Origin: Raillietiella orientalis
Lineage: Eukaryota
Direction of reading: 5' to 3'
Length of the DNA stretch: 64,000 nucleotides
Assembly: GCA_036172245.1 (NCBI GenBank)
Contig: JAYWIR010000012.1
Coordinates: 2,232,001 to 2,296,000, forward strand
Shown in pieces: positions 26,361 through 38,925 of this stretch. The position numbers and the translations under genes are program-made. The notes under the pieces are model-generated. The model saw only the letters and a list, made by a program, of their open reading frames with translations, searched no databases and had not been told where the DNA came from. The stretch's first letter is position 1. Each line of letters opens with the position of its first letter.

Positions 26361-27000
26361 GGGGGGGAGGAGGAAAGAAAGAAGAGGAAGGAAGGAAGAG
26401 AGGAGGAGGAAGGGAGGAGGAAAAGGGAAGGAGGAGGAAGGGAGGAGGAAAAGGGAAGGAGGAGGAAGGGAGGAGGAAAAATGGAGGAGGAATGGATTTC
26501 CTCTTTCTTCGCCTTTTCTCTTTCTCTTTTGTTCTTTCTCCCTTGAACTTTCTCTCGTCCCTCTTCCTTTCCTCGTTTCTTCTCCTTCTCTTGCTCTTCC
26601 TCTTTCTTTTCACCAGCAGCAGCAACGTCAGCGCCATCATCACCACCGCTTCACTTTATCATCCCATTCCTCCTCCCTTTCCTCCTGATCGTCATGATTA
26701 TCACCTGTACTGTCTCATCCACTACGATCATCCTCGCCACCACCATTAACGACGTTTTGCTGCTCCTCCACCTCATTATCGTCATCTTTATGGTCTTTCT
26801 CTTACCACCGCTGCAGTCTATACTATGGCGTCTCATCCTCACCACTAGCATCACTGTCATCAACAACACTAGCAACAATCTACTCTTTTACTTCACCATC
26901 GCTCAATTCCTCCTGCTCCTCATCACCGTCATCATCATCGCCATCATCCCCGACCACCGCTGCACCGCATCCCCCACTGCCGCCAACATCTTCCTCCCTC
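26361..27000. repeat. Compound low-complexity tract: (GGA/GAA)n, then (TC/TCC)n, then degenerate (CAT/CAC)n
   Basis: Purine tract at 26361-26492, pyrimidine tract at ~26497-26610, then trinucleotide-periodic CAT/CAC/CCT sequence. Confidence 0.9.
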
Positions 27001-30000
27001 TCCCCCTCCGAAGACCCCTCTCACCCGCTGCGAATCATACCGGACACGGATCGAACGATCCACGCTGCCTCGCCCCTTCCCCCCCTTCTTCGCCCAGCCG
27101 CAGCTCTCCCCCTCCTTCCCTACCGCCCCTTCGGGCTGCCTTCCCAAGCGTGCCCGACTGGACCGCTCTCTCCGCCGTAATGAAATCAGGAACTTCATCC
27201 GGATGCTCTTCGCCTCGTGGCCGCCCCGGGGAAGACCGAGTGGCCTACCGGGAAGAGGAGTGCAACCGCAGGCTCAGCAGAGGGAGTAAAGGAAGAGGAG
27301 GAGCAGGAAAGGGAGAAGAACGCCGGGGATAGCGGCGCTCTCGGGGACACGCCTCCAGGAGACGCCCGACACCCATCGCCAGCGAAGGGACATTGGCTGC
27401 TTGAGGCTCTGGGTCGCGGCCGAGGGGTGGCGAGGGACCTTTGATCCAGGAACGAACCCCGCAGGAGGGCGCGCGACAGAAGGCGCGCGGAGCGCCTCCC
27501 GGAGGCGGCAACGAGGAACCGCTTGAGCCGGCACCCGTAGGAGCGATCGATTTCCCAGGCGGGGAAGGGGTAGAGAGCCCCATGCCGCAGTCCAGCGAAT
27601 CCCGGGAGGACGGCGGGCACCCCGGTGGTTTCACCTGGGAGAGGGAGGAAGAGGGGCTCGTCCTCCGGGTGGGAGCCTCCCGAAGGACCCCGCTAATGGC
27701 GAGAACCTCCGGAAGAAGGGAGGAGGAGGAAAGGAGGAAGAGGAAGAAGGAAAGAGAGGAGGAGGAAGAACTCCGAGGAGCTAATGGCGAGGTACGTCCA
27801 TGGAGCGGCCGCCGGCCGACTCACTGTCCAAGGATGACCTGGACGCAGCCTCCTGGAAGGCGCAGGGATTGTCCGCACCGGGGACGTCCTCGGCGGGGCA
27901 GTCAGGCCTGCGGCTAACGGTCGAGGCAGGAGAGCCACAGTTTCGGGGTCGGCCCGCGAGGGGGTCGCACCTGTCCCTCTTCCCAGAAGCAGAAGAGGGA
28001 GGAAGGCCGCTGTCCTCCCCTCCATGGAGGCAGTCCCGGAAGGTCTGCGCTCCCGTCCTTTGATCCCAAAGCAACCCATTGGGATCGAAGGGCTGGTCCC
28101 TTACTCCCCGTTTCCCCCGTGTGGGACTCCAAAGTGCGCGCGACCCGACAAGGAGGCGCAGAGGGCGAAGTGCCATGGTAACGTAAAGAGGGAGGGGGAA
28201 GTGGTCCTCCAGCCGGAGTGCGGCCACCGTCCATCCGTCCACCCCGGCGGGAGCACAAGAGGGATCTTTGCGCCCAGGAAATTAAGAGATCTCTAGGGGT
28301 CGCTCGCCGGAAGGGAAGGAGCGCGCTCGCACAGGGACCGACTCTCTGCGCCTACGAAGCACAGGGAAAACGCGGCGAGCCGGATGAGGCACTCGCTGGC
28401 TCGCGGCCGCCTCCACTCGGAACCTCTCGTGGGCAGCGGCGCCACCGGAAGTCGCGTTCCTCCCTTCGATCCTTTCGGTGCCAGATCTGAGCTGCTGCCG
28501 CCCGAGCCATCATTGGATAAGGGCAGGAAGGGACTCTGCTTGGCGGCCGACCGGCGCCGCGATCAACGGCCGTCGACTTTGCCTTCCGACAATCAGCCCG
28601 CGCAGATTCCCGTGGGCCACCTGATCACCTGGAAGTTCCCCACCCATTCGCTTGGTTCTTCTTCATTTCGTGCTCCCCCTTCTCCTGCCTCCTCTATGTC
28701 CCCTTCGTAGCACCGCTGGGTCCCTTCCTGGAGGAAGTACTCTTGCGGGAAACAACAGGGGACGTGGTGCCGTGTCCTAGGCAACGTGCTGTGCAGGGTC
28801 TTCCGATCTCCAGGGTGATGTAATGGTAGAGTAGAGACGCGCGTGGCTCAACAGTTTGTCCGCAGTGGCCAAAGTCCTCCGTGCCATCGGAAGACTCAGG
28901 GGACCAGAGGGAACCAGTGAGGAGGTAGCCTTCTCGCGGGGTCTCGTCGGTGCTTAGCGCCGAGTCCAAACTTCCTGGTGCTGCAGCCGACGAAGCTGAC
29001 CAGGCCGACAACGTGCCCGCCTCTTTTCGGCTGCAGGGGGAGCGCTCAAAGGAGGAGACCCCACCTTTTCTACGAGCCGACCTGGTTCAGGTCGCAGCGC
29101 CGCTCCGCGCTCGACGGCGCCAGCGAGGCTCGGGCGGTGACAGGAAGAGCAGGGACTTCCGAGGGCCTGGCAAAGAGTTTATGGCTGCGCCAACCAGCTC
29201 CCGGCCCTTCGTGGCTTCCCAGCCACCCCGCTGGCCTGCCTGCGCGCCGTGCGGCAGTATTCAGTCGCCAGCATCTGCCTCGGCGGCCACCGAGTGTACG
29301 GAGAACCTGCCCAGAGGGGTAGTCGTACCAACAGAGCAGTCATATTGGATCCGCTCGGGCACACAATTGGGCAGCGCTTTGCAATCCCATGGTTCCCTCT
29401 ACGGGCTGTAGATGCGTGGCAGGACCCCCCAAAGAGCGGCAAACAGGTCGAGCCCGTCCATGGGCCGCAACTGTCTTTTGCCGCAACGAGGTGACCACGA
29501 AGAGCGCCTTCTCTGCCCCTCCGACTCCCGCATTTCGTTGGCGCCCCTTCCCTTCCCCCTTCTTTTCATCTTTCCTACGAGGCGAAAAGAGGAACAGGCG
29601 AACTCCTCCGGAAAAGCTCTGTGGAGCATGACAGGGTCCCAGGTGGGTCGCTAGGACTTCTTTGACCCGCGATGCCGAACTCGGCTCCAGAAAGACTGCA
29701 AGTGTGGATCCACTGCTGGAGGCCGTCGTTGATGTCCGTCGGTGGAAGAACCACTGTTTCTACTTCCTCCGGATCTGTGCCGAGAATGCAGGCGTCGCTG
29801 AAACCGCAACAAACAGCGGACTGCCTCAAGGATTCTTCGTTCCGCTTCCCCTCCGCAGAAGCATCGGATATCCGGTAGGCAGGTTCATGACAGTCCACAG
29901 AAGGCGGCCGAAACCGCAAATCCCGCCAGTGCGATCAAGTGCCAGGAATGCGTCCCGGAAGAACCGTGGAGGAGACTGTGGGCACGTCGGCCTGTCCGTC

Positions 30001-30339
30001 AGCCTCCCCCTTCGCCGCAGCATCCGAGGTCCACGGCACCTGCCAGGCAGCAGTGGACCACCACCAGGTGGATGGACCGCACGCATCAGCTCGGTCAGGT
30101 CCTGTTCGCCGGGACGAATTCTTCGGCGTCCCGCCGGAAGAGATAGAGATGCCCCCGGCGATGGCTGACAGCAGTAGGCGCCCTGCTGGAATGCGCTGGG
30201 AGCACCGGCTCAACGCGCAGCGCCACCGCCCACGGAGGGGGACCGTGATAACCACGCCAGACGCAGGCAAAAGATGGAGACCTCCCCTTCCCATTCCAGC
30301 CCTGCTAGTGGCCTAAGGCATTCCTCGCGTCCCTCCTTT

Positions 30340-30660
30340 ACCCAGTGCACCACCCTCTCAACATCTTGAGGAACCTCTTTGCGCGGAGCGCCTGGTCTCC
30401 AGATGCCACCGTCGTGGAGCGGTGCTGTCCACGTGGGTGTGTCGTCTCCGGGGACGACGCCGGGAGAGGGCAGCACGGCATTCTTCCCATCATCCTATTT
30501 TTGCGGGTCACAACGAAGTGGCACCACCTGCGCAGCTGCCAAGAGGAGCTCGCCGGCACCCTAAGAAGGAGCACCAAACGTCGCGGGATGCGATCCCTTT
30601 CCCTCTCCCTCCTTCCCGATCCAAACAGACTGGTTTTGTCTTCCTTTTTTCTTATCCCGG
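30340..30660 (+). mobile_element. Family A LINE 3'-end copy
   Basis: LRNLFARSAW..PRGCVV..ILPIILFLRVTTKWHHLRSCQEELAGTLRR, then gcgatccc. The nucleotide run gagga(g/a)ctcgccggca is shared with the 22.6-kb copy. Confidence 0.6.
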
Positions 30661-33600
30661 AACTTCTTACCTGATGTTGCCGACCCCCTCGGCGTCTCTC
30701 AGGCGATGGTCGGACTTGACAAGTGCACGGGACCACCGACTCCACTCTGCACCCCCTGGCGCGAACGGGCGGAGTCAGGGGATTCCTGGACGCGGCTCTC
30801 ACGGGTCTACAGCTCTTCGTCTTGTCTGACGCCTCATGGAGATTCCTCTCTGGGAGGCCCGAAGGGGCACGGAGGAGCGGGCGGGCACACGCGCCGCCAC
30901 CGCTCCCGCAGACGGCGGCGCTGCCTTCCCCGTGGCCTCGCAGCAGCGGCCGCCCCTGGCTAGGTGTGATCCCTCCTGGAGGGCAGCAGCATCTCTTCTT
31001 CGCCTGAGTCGCGACGCAACACAAAGGTCCACCTCTTCGCTGCCTCCCGCGGGGCCACGGGACGGCCAGGGAACGTGAGCCGTACCTTCGCGGCACCCGG
31101 TTATCGGAAGAGCGCGAGTCCTGAAGGAGCTCAAAGCGGAGGTTCTGCCAGAGGCACAAATCCCTCCCCCAGGGACGGAAGATGTGTCTTCCGTGGGGGA
31201 TCCGCTCCCCTGGAAGAAGTTGTTGCCCTCCTTGGTCGGCATTGCCGGCGGAGGCGCTGCTCGAAAGAGGAGAGGAGACGACGATGGCGGCGGCGGCGCC
31301 TGGACCAAGGACTCCTCGCGTGCAGCTCTCCTCTCGCTGCGTTCGGCGATTCAAGGGTGAGCCCCTTGGGGTGCTCGCAGATCACAGGAAGCAGCAAGAT
31401 CCTGCCCTCCTCGAAGGACCCTCTGCGAGCCTCCGCGAACTCCTCCCCCACAAAGGAAAGCCTGCAACGCATCTGTGTGGCCCAGGAGGGCAGCTGTCTG
31501 CAGGAACGCCCGGCGAAGAGTGTGTTGTGGACCCGGTATCACCGGAACGCATCTATAAATAACCGTCGACCCTGAGTTAGCCGTAATCCTGGAGAGTTCT
31601 TTATTCGTAAGGCCTACTTCGTACCAAGCGATATCGGATGCTTCTCTTCGCATCTTCTTGTTCGGAAGAACCAAGGATTTAGAGCCCACTGGATATTTGT
31701 TTTTTGTTTGGTAGGGTAGTGGGATCGGCTACCCTTTCGGTGCTCCCTGTTCCCTTGTCGACCACAAGGGAAACACCGAGGACCCCTGAGCTCCCTCGTT
31801 GAGGGGGTGGGGTGATGACAGGAAGCCTTGGAAGACCCTCCGGGGTCGCTCCCACCTCAGACGGAGAGTGCTGGACCCTTCGCTGACGGGACCCCGGCGT
31901 CGGCCCGCTTCCACGGCGGGATACATCTCGCCGCTGGCTCCAGGACCTCGCCCCGCGACCGGCGGAAGGGATCGGCGCGTCCAAGGAGGCAGTCCACTCT
32001 CTTCCCATTCCGCAGAGATGTTGAAAGCGGTTCCCGTCGCTGCTTCCTCGGTTCATTCGGTTCCTTCACAGGCTGTTCCGCTGGCTCGGTCACCCTGGTC
32101 GCGCCGGGTGGATGGTGTTGCCACGGGAGCTGAAGGTCACGCTCTCCGCTTGTCCTTCCCCTTACCTTTTCCCCATTTCGTCATGGAGACTTCTGGATCT
32201 GCTTTTTCTAGAAAGCTGGTCGAATCCGCGCCATGGGATTCAGCAGACCGACCTCCTCCCTACTCCGCCTTATCTGCCATGTGATCTGAGGCTGCTTTTC
32301 TTGAAATTGCTAATTGTCCATCTTCTTGTGGAAGGGCTACCTTAGGGTAGGGGCGCAGGCGCTTCTGCGGTCTTATCATCTCTCATTTACAGGTTGAAAG
32401 CTCCACTTCATCTTTCCTCTCGCGCTACAGGCGACAAACCACAGGCTCCCAGAGGTCGCCGGCCGTGGCACCACTTTCTTACCCCGCCATTTGCGCCTAT
32501 AGTGCCCCGGGCATGCCCGTCTCCGTGGAGTCTTGGGCAATTTCTGCGGGGCGGGCCACTCTTCGAGGACCGCAGATATCGACTTTCCCCTCCCGAACTC
32601 GCTGGGGGCGCTGCCACTCGCTCCGCCCAAGGACACCGCGTAGAGCCGTTAACTGAAGGCGATGGCGACCTGGCTGAAGGGAAAGCGGGTAGAGATTTCT
32701 ACAGAGGGCCGCAGGGAGGAGGAAGGGATGCTGCGCAGCGAAGGCGCGGGAGGTCGAACGTTGCCTCCGGCGTAGGAGGACGGTCGAAGTGGCCCTTCCT
32801 CCGAGGAAAAGGGGACCGGAGAACGCCCCAGGAGGCGAGCCCTCCACTCCTTCAAACCTTCATCGAAAAATTGGCAGCATCTTTTGTCCACAGCTGTTCC
32901 CTGTCGGCTGCTTCTGAAGACTGTCTTTCGCTGACGACGAGAGCCCCGCCCCCTTCTCCTTCTTCCTCCTCTTTCTTTTCCATGCCCCCTTCTTCCTTTT
33001 TCTTCCTCCTTTCCCCTCCTCCTCTTTCTTCCTCCTCCTCCCTGGTGGTGGTGTGTTAGCTGGCGGTGAAGAGTGAGCGTAAAGACAACGATATTCCAAA
33101 CTCACTGACGTCGGGCACCGAGGGCGTCTTGGGACATCTCATAACGTTCCTTGACACCACTCGAGGAGGACAAGCTGGCCAAGGGGCCCGCGAAAACCTT
33201 GGATTGCTCCTCCTTTCCCAACGTTGGCTCTCCGATGATCTTCGTGTCACTCTGGCTTGCTTCGAGGATCGGCGTGGATCCATCCTGCTCCAGCCACTGC
33301 TCTCCAGAGATTCGTACCTTGCGGTGCCTGCAGCCCAGGAAGTCGGGTTGGCGCAAGACGTCTCTGAGGCGGAAGGATCCTGGATCAGGACCGCCCCCTT
33401 TCCAGAGCCATTTCCCAGCCTGCTGCAGTCGCCAAGGTAACTTGCGTTTTGCGGTGGGCCGCGAGGCTACTGGAGGGAACTCGGGAAACTTCCTCAAGGA
33501 TTTCTGGTTTCGTGGCCCACGGATTCACCACTCCCGGAAAGCGTTCTGGAGGCCGCTTTGTGAAGAGTGCCTCCGGGTTCGAATTTCACCTCAGGGCAGG

Positions 33601-36600
33601 ATCCTCGCTTTACGCTGAATTCTGAGGTCACCTCACTCACCCTTCATGTGGTCAGGCTGCGAAGCCACACCGGAACACACAAAGGAGCTTTGTCCTGGGA
33701 AGAGCGAAGGCAACAAAATGGTGGTTCGTTTCCTGCAGTTGTCCCTGGTGTCCCAGTTGAGGGAGAGGTATTCCGGAGAGCCTCCTCATCCCTCTGGAGA
33801 GAACAAATCTTCCAGACTTATCCACCCCCACCCCCACCCTCTCCGTCCCACACAACCCCTTTCCGTTGGGGTTCTGAGGCAGTGGAGATACCCCGTGTTT
33901 GGGGACTCTCTTAGGCATGAGAGTCCTCCCCTTTCTCTTCCTTTGGTCTTGCGGCAGTATGACCAACTCTGAGCGGCAGTTCCGAGGAGACGGAAGTCCG
34001 TACCCTGGGGGAGGAGCCACGCAGTCGGCAGCTCCTGTGAAGGTTGTACACATACGAACTTACGAACGAAGACTGCCTGAGGTCATGCCGCATGCCAGAA
34101 ATCCCTCGAAGTCTCTTCCAAGCCCTCCCCTCCTTCCATCTCTCGACATGGGTCGACGGCTGCTTCCGGTGCATGCGGTCCACCACAGCCTCCCGTATGA
34201 ATTTCGCATCTCCGTTTCAATCTCCAAGGTTACGCGTCCGCTCCTGCGTCTTCGGCAGACCGGGGAATAATTAGACCGCCGCGCCATGTCGGATTTCGAC
34301 TCCTCCCCCTTTCCTCCCTTCCTTTCCTTTCCTTCCCTCTCAAGCTCTTCTTTTCCCTCGTCCTGGTTCCCCGGTTTACCTGTGTTGATTCTCCGTCTCC
34401 CCACGAGTGAAGCCGTCATCGGCTGAAGATTAGGGAAGGCTGCTGCTCCGGGGCGACAGTGGCGGTTGCTGGAGTCTTGTTTATCTTCCCGAATCGCCTG
34501 CTTAGCAAACGAAGGCACCGTTCCGGGACCCGCGCTCCTCTCCACACTTCGGTAGCGAGCCGCAAGATTGGGGATTGTGTGTGATGATGTCACAGAGGAG
34601 AGGGAGGGGAAGGGGAGGAGAGGCGTTCCGAAGCCACTGCCGGGAAGCCGTCTCTCCTGCCCGGAGTTCTCTCGCAGCCCAGGCCACCTGAGGCGGCAAT
34701 CGGATGCGACAAGAGGGTGCGGAGGGGAAGAGAGTGGGCATAGTCAGGTGTCTCGGCGTGCTTGCGTTACGATGTCATAGTGAGCAGTGTACACGTACAG
34801 AGTACAGAAGGACACCACGATGACAGCTTTTTTTTTTCTGGCAGCGGTAGGGCTGCAAAGGCAGGGAGAGCTTGGGAGGGCACTGTGAAGGGGAGGCAGA
34901 AAAAAGGAGAGACAGGGAGCTCCGCATTCTACAAGGTGCTAAAGGCTGGGTACACCCGGGCGCGGACATCGAACATCTTCTAGAGCATCGCCGAACAATC
35001 GGAGCTTCTTTCCTGTCGCATCCAGCATCAAAACGGCACCTCGCGGGCGTGAGGAATCGCTACAGCAGCCGGCCTTCCCCCGGCTGCTAAAGGGTACGGC
35101 CGCTGGACTGCGCTGGTACTCGCAGTCCAGCGTCAGGCACGTGAGAGATTCCGTCGTCCCACGTTTCCGGGACGCATTCCTTCCCGATCAGTAGTGCCAG
35201 AGTTGGTGGCGACGGCAACACTGATCGGAGGGAAATTCTGGGTTCAAGAACAGGAGTTGCCTCCGTAGAAGAGCACTGGACAACCAGGAGAATAGTGGCG
35301 GCTGTTGTCGCCTCGTGATATCGAGGCGTCCGTTTCCCGAGAGAAGAAGATGGAGAGACTTCCCGAGTTCCACGAGGGAAATGGAAGCACAGACTCGCGG
35401 ATCGACCACACAAGAAGACAAGGGGAGTTCAGCAAGGCGGCCACAGCAAACAGAGAAACAAGAAAACAGCCTTCTTATCCTCTTCTTTCTCATCCTCCTT
35501 CTCTTCTTCCTCCCCTCTTCCTCCTCTCCTCTTCCTCCTTTCCTCTTTCTTCCTTCCTCTTTTTTCTCCCGGAATCTTGTCGGGAGTTTGGATGTCTGGA
35601 TCACGTCGCCGGAGCCCCCTCCCTCATCTCTTCGCCTTCAGTTAAGCGTCCAAGATGGAGTCCGGCCATGTCGGGGGCTGCAGGAAACTGCGAGAACATT
35701 CTTCCGAGATCCTCCTCTCACCCACCCTCTTCCGTCTGCTTCAAGCACGCCTCCCGTCTCTTAAGAGCTCTAGCGGTGGGACTCAGACGCAGCTATAGCG
35801 CTCCTGACCCTCCCATCCCTACTCATCCCCTCCTCTAACATGAGCAAGTCTCAGAAGGGTGGAACGCATTTCAAACGAACTGCAATTTCTCTCGCCTTCC
35901 TTGAAGCCACCGCGTCTGGAACCACGGGAATTCCTGACGGTATGCTGTGCCCCGTGTGGTATTCGTGCACGTTCCTGCGCATGGACTTCTGTGGTTCACC
36001 CCACTACGTGTTCGCCATAGAGGAGACTTCACACGTGATGTGAGGATGGGCTGTTTCTGGGTCATGCTGGGAGAACTCCCAACTGAAGGTGGATTCGTGA
36101 GCTCCCAATCAGCATTTCTTTATAAATCCATGCAGAACTGCCCTATGGACGTTGTCGTCCATGCACGGTCACAAGCAGTTAGCGTTAACGACTCGAGGTC
36201 AGCCGTGATCAAGGGATGCATCCTTCGGTTAGTGATTGCACACACCAAAATCCAGAGGTGACGAGCGGCTCTAGCGAGCACCATCAAGAGGTCGCGTTTC
36301 CAGGAGCTCGCGAAGCGTCACTCACTACTTCGAAAGCAGCGCACAAGCAAGGAAAATGAACGGGAAACGATTTCTGAAACAACCCCTTCACAGGGAGAAA
36401 GTCACCAGAGAGCATCTTTCGGATGTGATTTGGGGTCTCGAGGATTTGCGGGAGCTGCACATCCCTCGTTCTGTTTCTTTTCGCCTTGTTCCCTGCTTCT
36501 TCACGTGAGAGAGCAGCAGCATCCGAAGAAAGCGCCTTCGGGAGAGATTCGGCCGAGAACGCGCAGTATTCGAGTTTTTCGTCTCCTCGCAAAACACCAG

Positions 36601-37989
36601 GGGATGTGGCAAGTCACCAGCAGCAAGGAATCCCCACGGGGCTGCTAAAGGATGTCGAAAAATGGACCGCCGAAAAAGACCTCGGCGGGTTGGCACATCG
36701 AGGAAACACTCCCCGGATAACTCTCATCCCTTCCCCTGTACTGCTCCAGGGAGAATACAAGACCCAAGGTTTCCAGGGGAAAGAAGACAAAAAAAAAACA
36801 ATGAGCAGCTGAAGGGACAAGGAGGAGAATTTCTGCAACGGGAACTCATCCGAAAGGAACCCGAGATAGGAGAGGCCTCTCTTTCCCCTGGCAACCTGCC
36901 CTTCTATCCTTTCTTTTTTTCTTTGCTCCATAAGACTCTGGAATGGCGCTTCGCTGCAGCCTTCTCCTTTGAGAACCATTCCTCCCTCTCCTCTCTCCCC
37001 CTTGCCTCGCGTCTCCATCCAGCCAGTTTCTGGTTCGCTACCGTTTCTGGTACGAATGGAGAAAATACCTCCTGTGTTACCTCCACTTGATCCCCACGGC
37101 AACTGGGAACTCATCGTGGAAGCTTCCGGACCATAAGGCTGGTCTTCTCAAGCGGCCACCAGCAGGAACGAGCCGCGCAAAACCAAGGCGGGAGGAACCG
37201 CGGAGACGTCTTGACGGAAGCGCCTATCGATAGCTCATTGGTTCGCTTTTCTCCCGAAATTCAGGCGCTGTGGAATTGCTTTCCTTCTATCCTTATCCGA
37301 CTAATAGGATCTTCCTACCTCATCGTCCTGGACAGCCATTAGTGGTGCAGTCGGCGAGCTCCGGCTTAGCGCCAGCGCGGACCCACATTCCAGAATGGTT
37401 GCGCGTTTCAAAGTCTCCCCAGTATGCATGCTGAATCCGCACTCTTTCAGCGTATCCGCATTGTTGCGTCGGGACTGCATTGTTTTGGAACGTCTTCATT
37501 GTTGCTGCGCGCCTGCATTGTTGCTATTGCACGATTCTGTTGATTCCACTTCCTGGTAGTTCCCATTCGAGCACTCCTTCCTGAGTGTTCGTTCGCACCT
37601 GGCATTGCCGGGACATTTATTTAAAAGAAACGAACTGAAGTTCATTGGGAACGGAGTTCCTGCAAAGCGTACCAGCCAAACCCATGACAAAGGAAGTTCA
37701 GGAGGAATGACCACCAGCTTGCAGGTCGGTCCCTAAGGGAGTCAGTAGGAGGAGGGTGGGGAACAATCAGTAAGGTGAAAAAAGACGAGAGGCTAGGGGC
37801 AGGGGTCTCTGGTATCAAACACCCCTTACTTCCTAGAGATGGCGCTGAATGCTGGCGATTCCCCTGCCGACTTCTTGAAGATGAGGCCACCTTGTAGCTG
37901 GCCTCAGGGAGGCGGCTGCCCTGCTGGACGGCCTCCCTTCGCAGCGAACGAGACCCCATCACGGAGCGGGTTGCAACGATGGCGCGGAT

Positions 37990-38925
37990 GCAGCATCTCG
38001 TTGCGGCCACGGAGAATTCCATCGACAGCATCGACCACGTCTTCCTCGACGAGCACCTGCGCGCGCGGACGGGTCGCCGCCACAGGAGGCGGTCGAAGCT
38101 GTCGGATCACCACCGAATCGACTTGTAAATGTTGCCCCGCCAGAAAAACTCCCCGTTCTCCGCGTGGCGTATAACGGGGGACTGGATGCGTCTCCCCGAG
38201 GCCGTGGAGCAACTCCGTGGCTTCTTGCGAGGAGCAGCAGTGCAAAGATTCGAGGACTCCGACGCTCTGAAGAGCTCGAGATTCTGCGAAAGATTCCCGG
38301 TAGACCGCCTCCCGACGCTTTCGGCCAGGGCATGCGGAAAGAGCGGGCGTTCTTGCAGGCGCGGCTATGGCAAAGACGGCCAGATGTACGTCGACTGGCG
38401 GAATTTCGAGCAGGGATCGAGCCCCAGGCCTGGCAGTCTAACTCGGCCACTTTGCTGGACGTAAACGGCCAGGAATGCTCGGCCCCACAGCAGGTAAAGC
38501 GCATCTTGCGCAATAACTACTCCTATCTTTACGCAAAGGCACCACTGGAGCACGACTTCTCGCAGCGCCTACTGACAGAAAACGTCCCAGCGTTAGGGGA
38601 GGAGTGGCAACGGCTCGCGGAACCTTCCTCGATTGGCGAAATCTCCAGCGCCATCGGAAAGCTCCAGAAGAGAAAAGCGCCAAGAAAAGACGGTCTGCCC
38701 CCAGAATTTTACCAGAGCTTTGCGGTAGAGCTCGCGTCCCTGGTGCAGAAGATGGAACTGATGACTCGGGAAACGGGAGAGGTTCCTGCCTCGTTCCGGT
38801 CAGCTAAAGTAAGGTTCCTCCCGAAGGGAGGAGACCTAAGCAACATCGGCAACTGAGGCCAATTACTGTTGTAAATACAGATTCCAAGTTGCTAACGAAG
38901 TTGCTCTCTCGCTTGGAATTGGGCG
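37990..38925 (+). mobile_element. Decayed L1/Tx1-like non-LTR retrotransposon ORF2 (end of APE endonuclease, linker, start of RT)
   Basis: IDHVF (38030) and SDH (38102) APE motifs. Then KAPRKDGLPPEFYQSF and FLPKGGDLSNIGN-(W)RPITVVNTDSKLLTKLL RT N-terminal motifs. Interrupted by a stop near 38126, a frameshift near 38270 and a 1-nt deletion near 38855. Confidence 0.88.

Noticed and set aside
26694..27332. Hydrophobic 212-aa ORF resembling a membrane protein
   Set aside because: It is the translation of a degenerate (CAT/CCT)n microsatellite.
31550..31710. Short lower-GC patch with open frames on both strands
   Set aside because: No recognisable motif, and too short to distinguish from chance.
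33620..36000. RNase H-like snippets (LTLHVVRLRSHTG at ~33640, VVFVHVPAHG at ~35955)
   Set aside because: These are isolated short motifs without the other catalytic residues, too weak to annotate.
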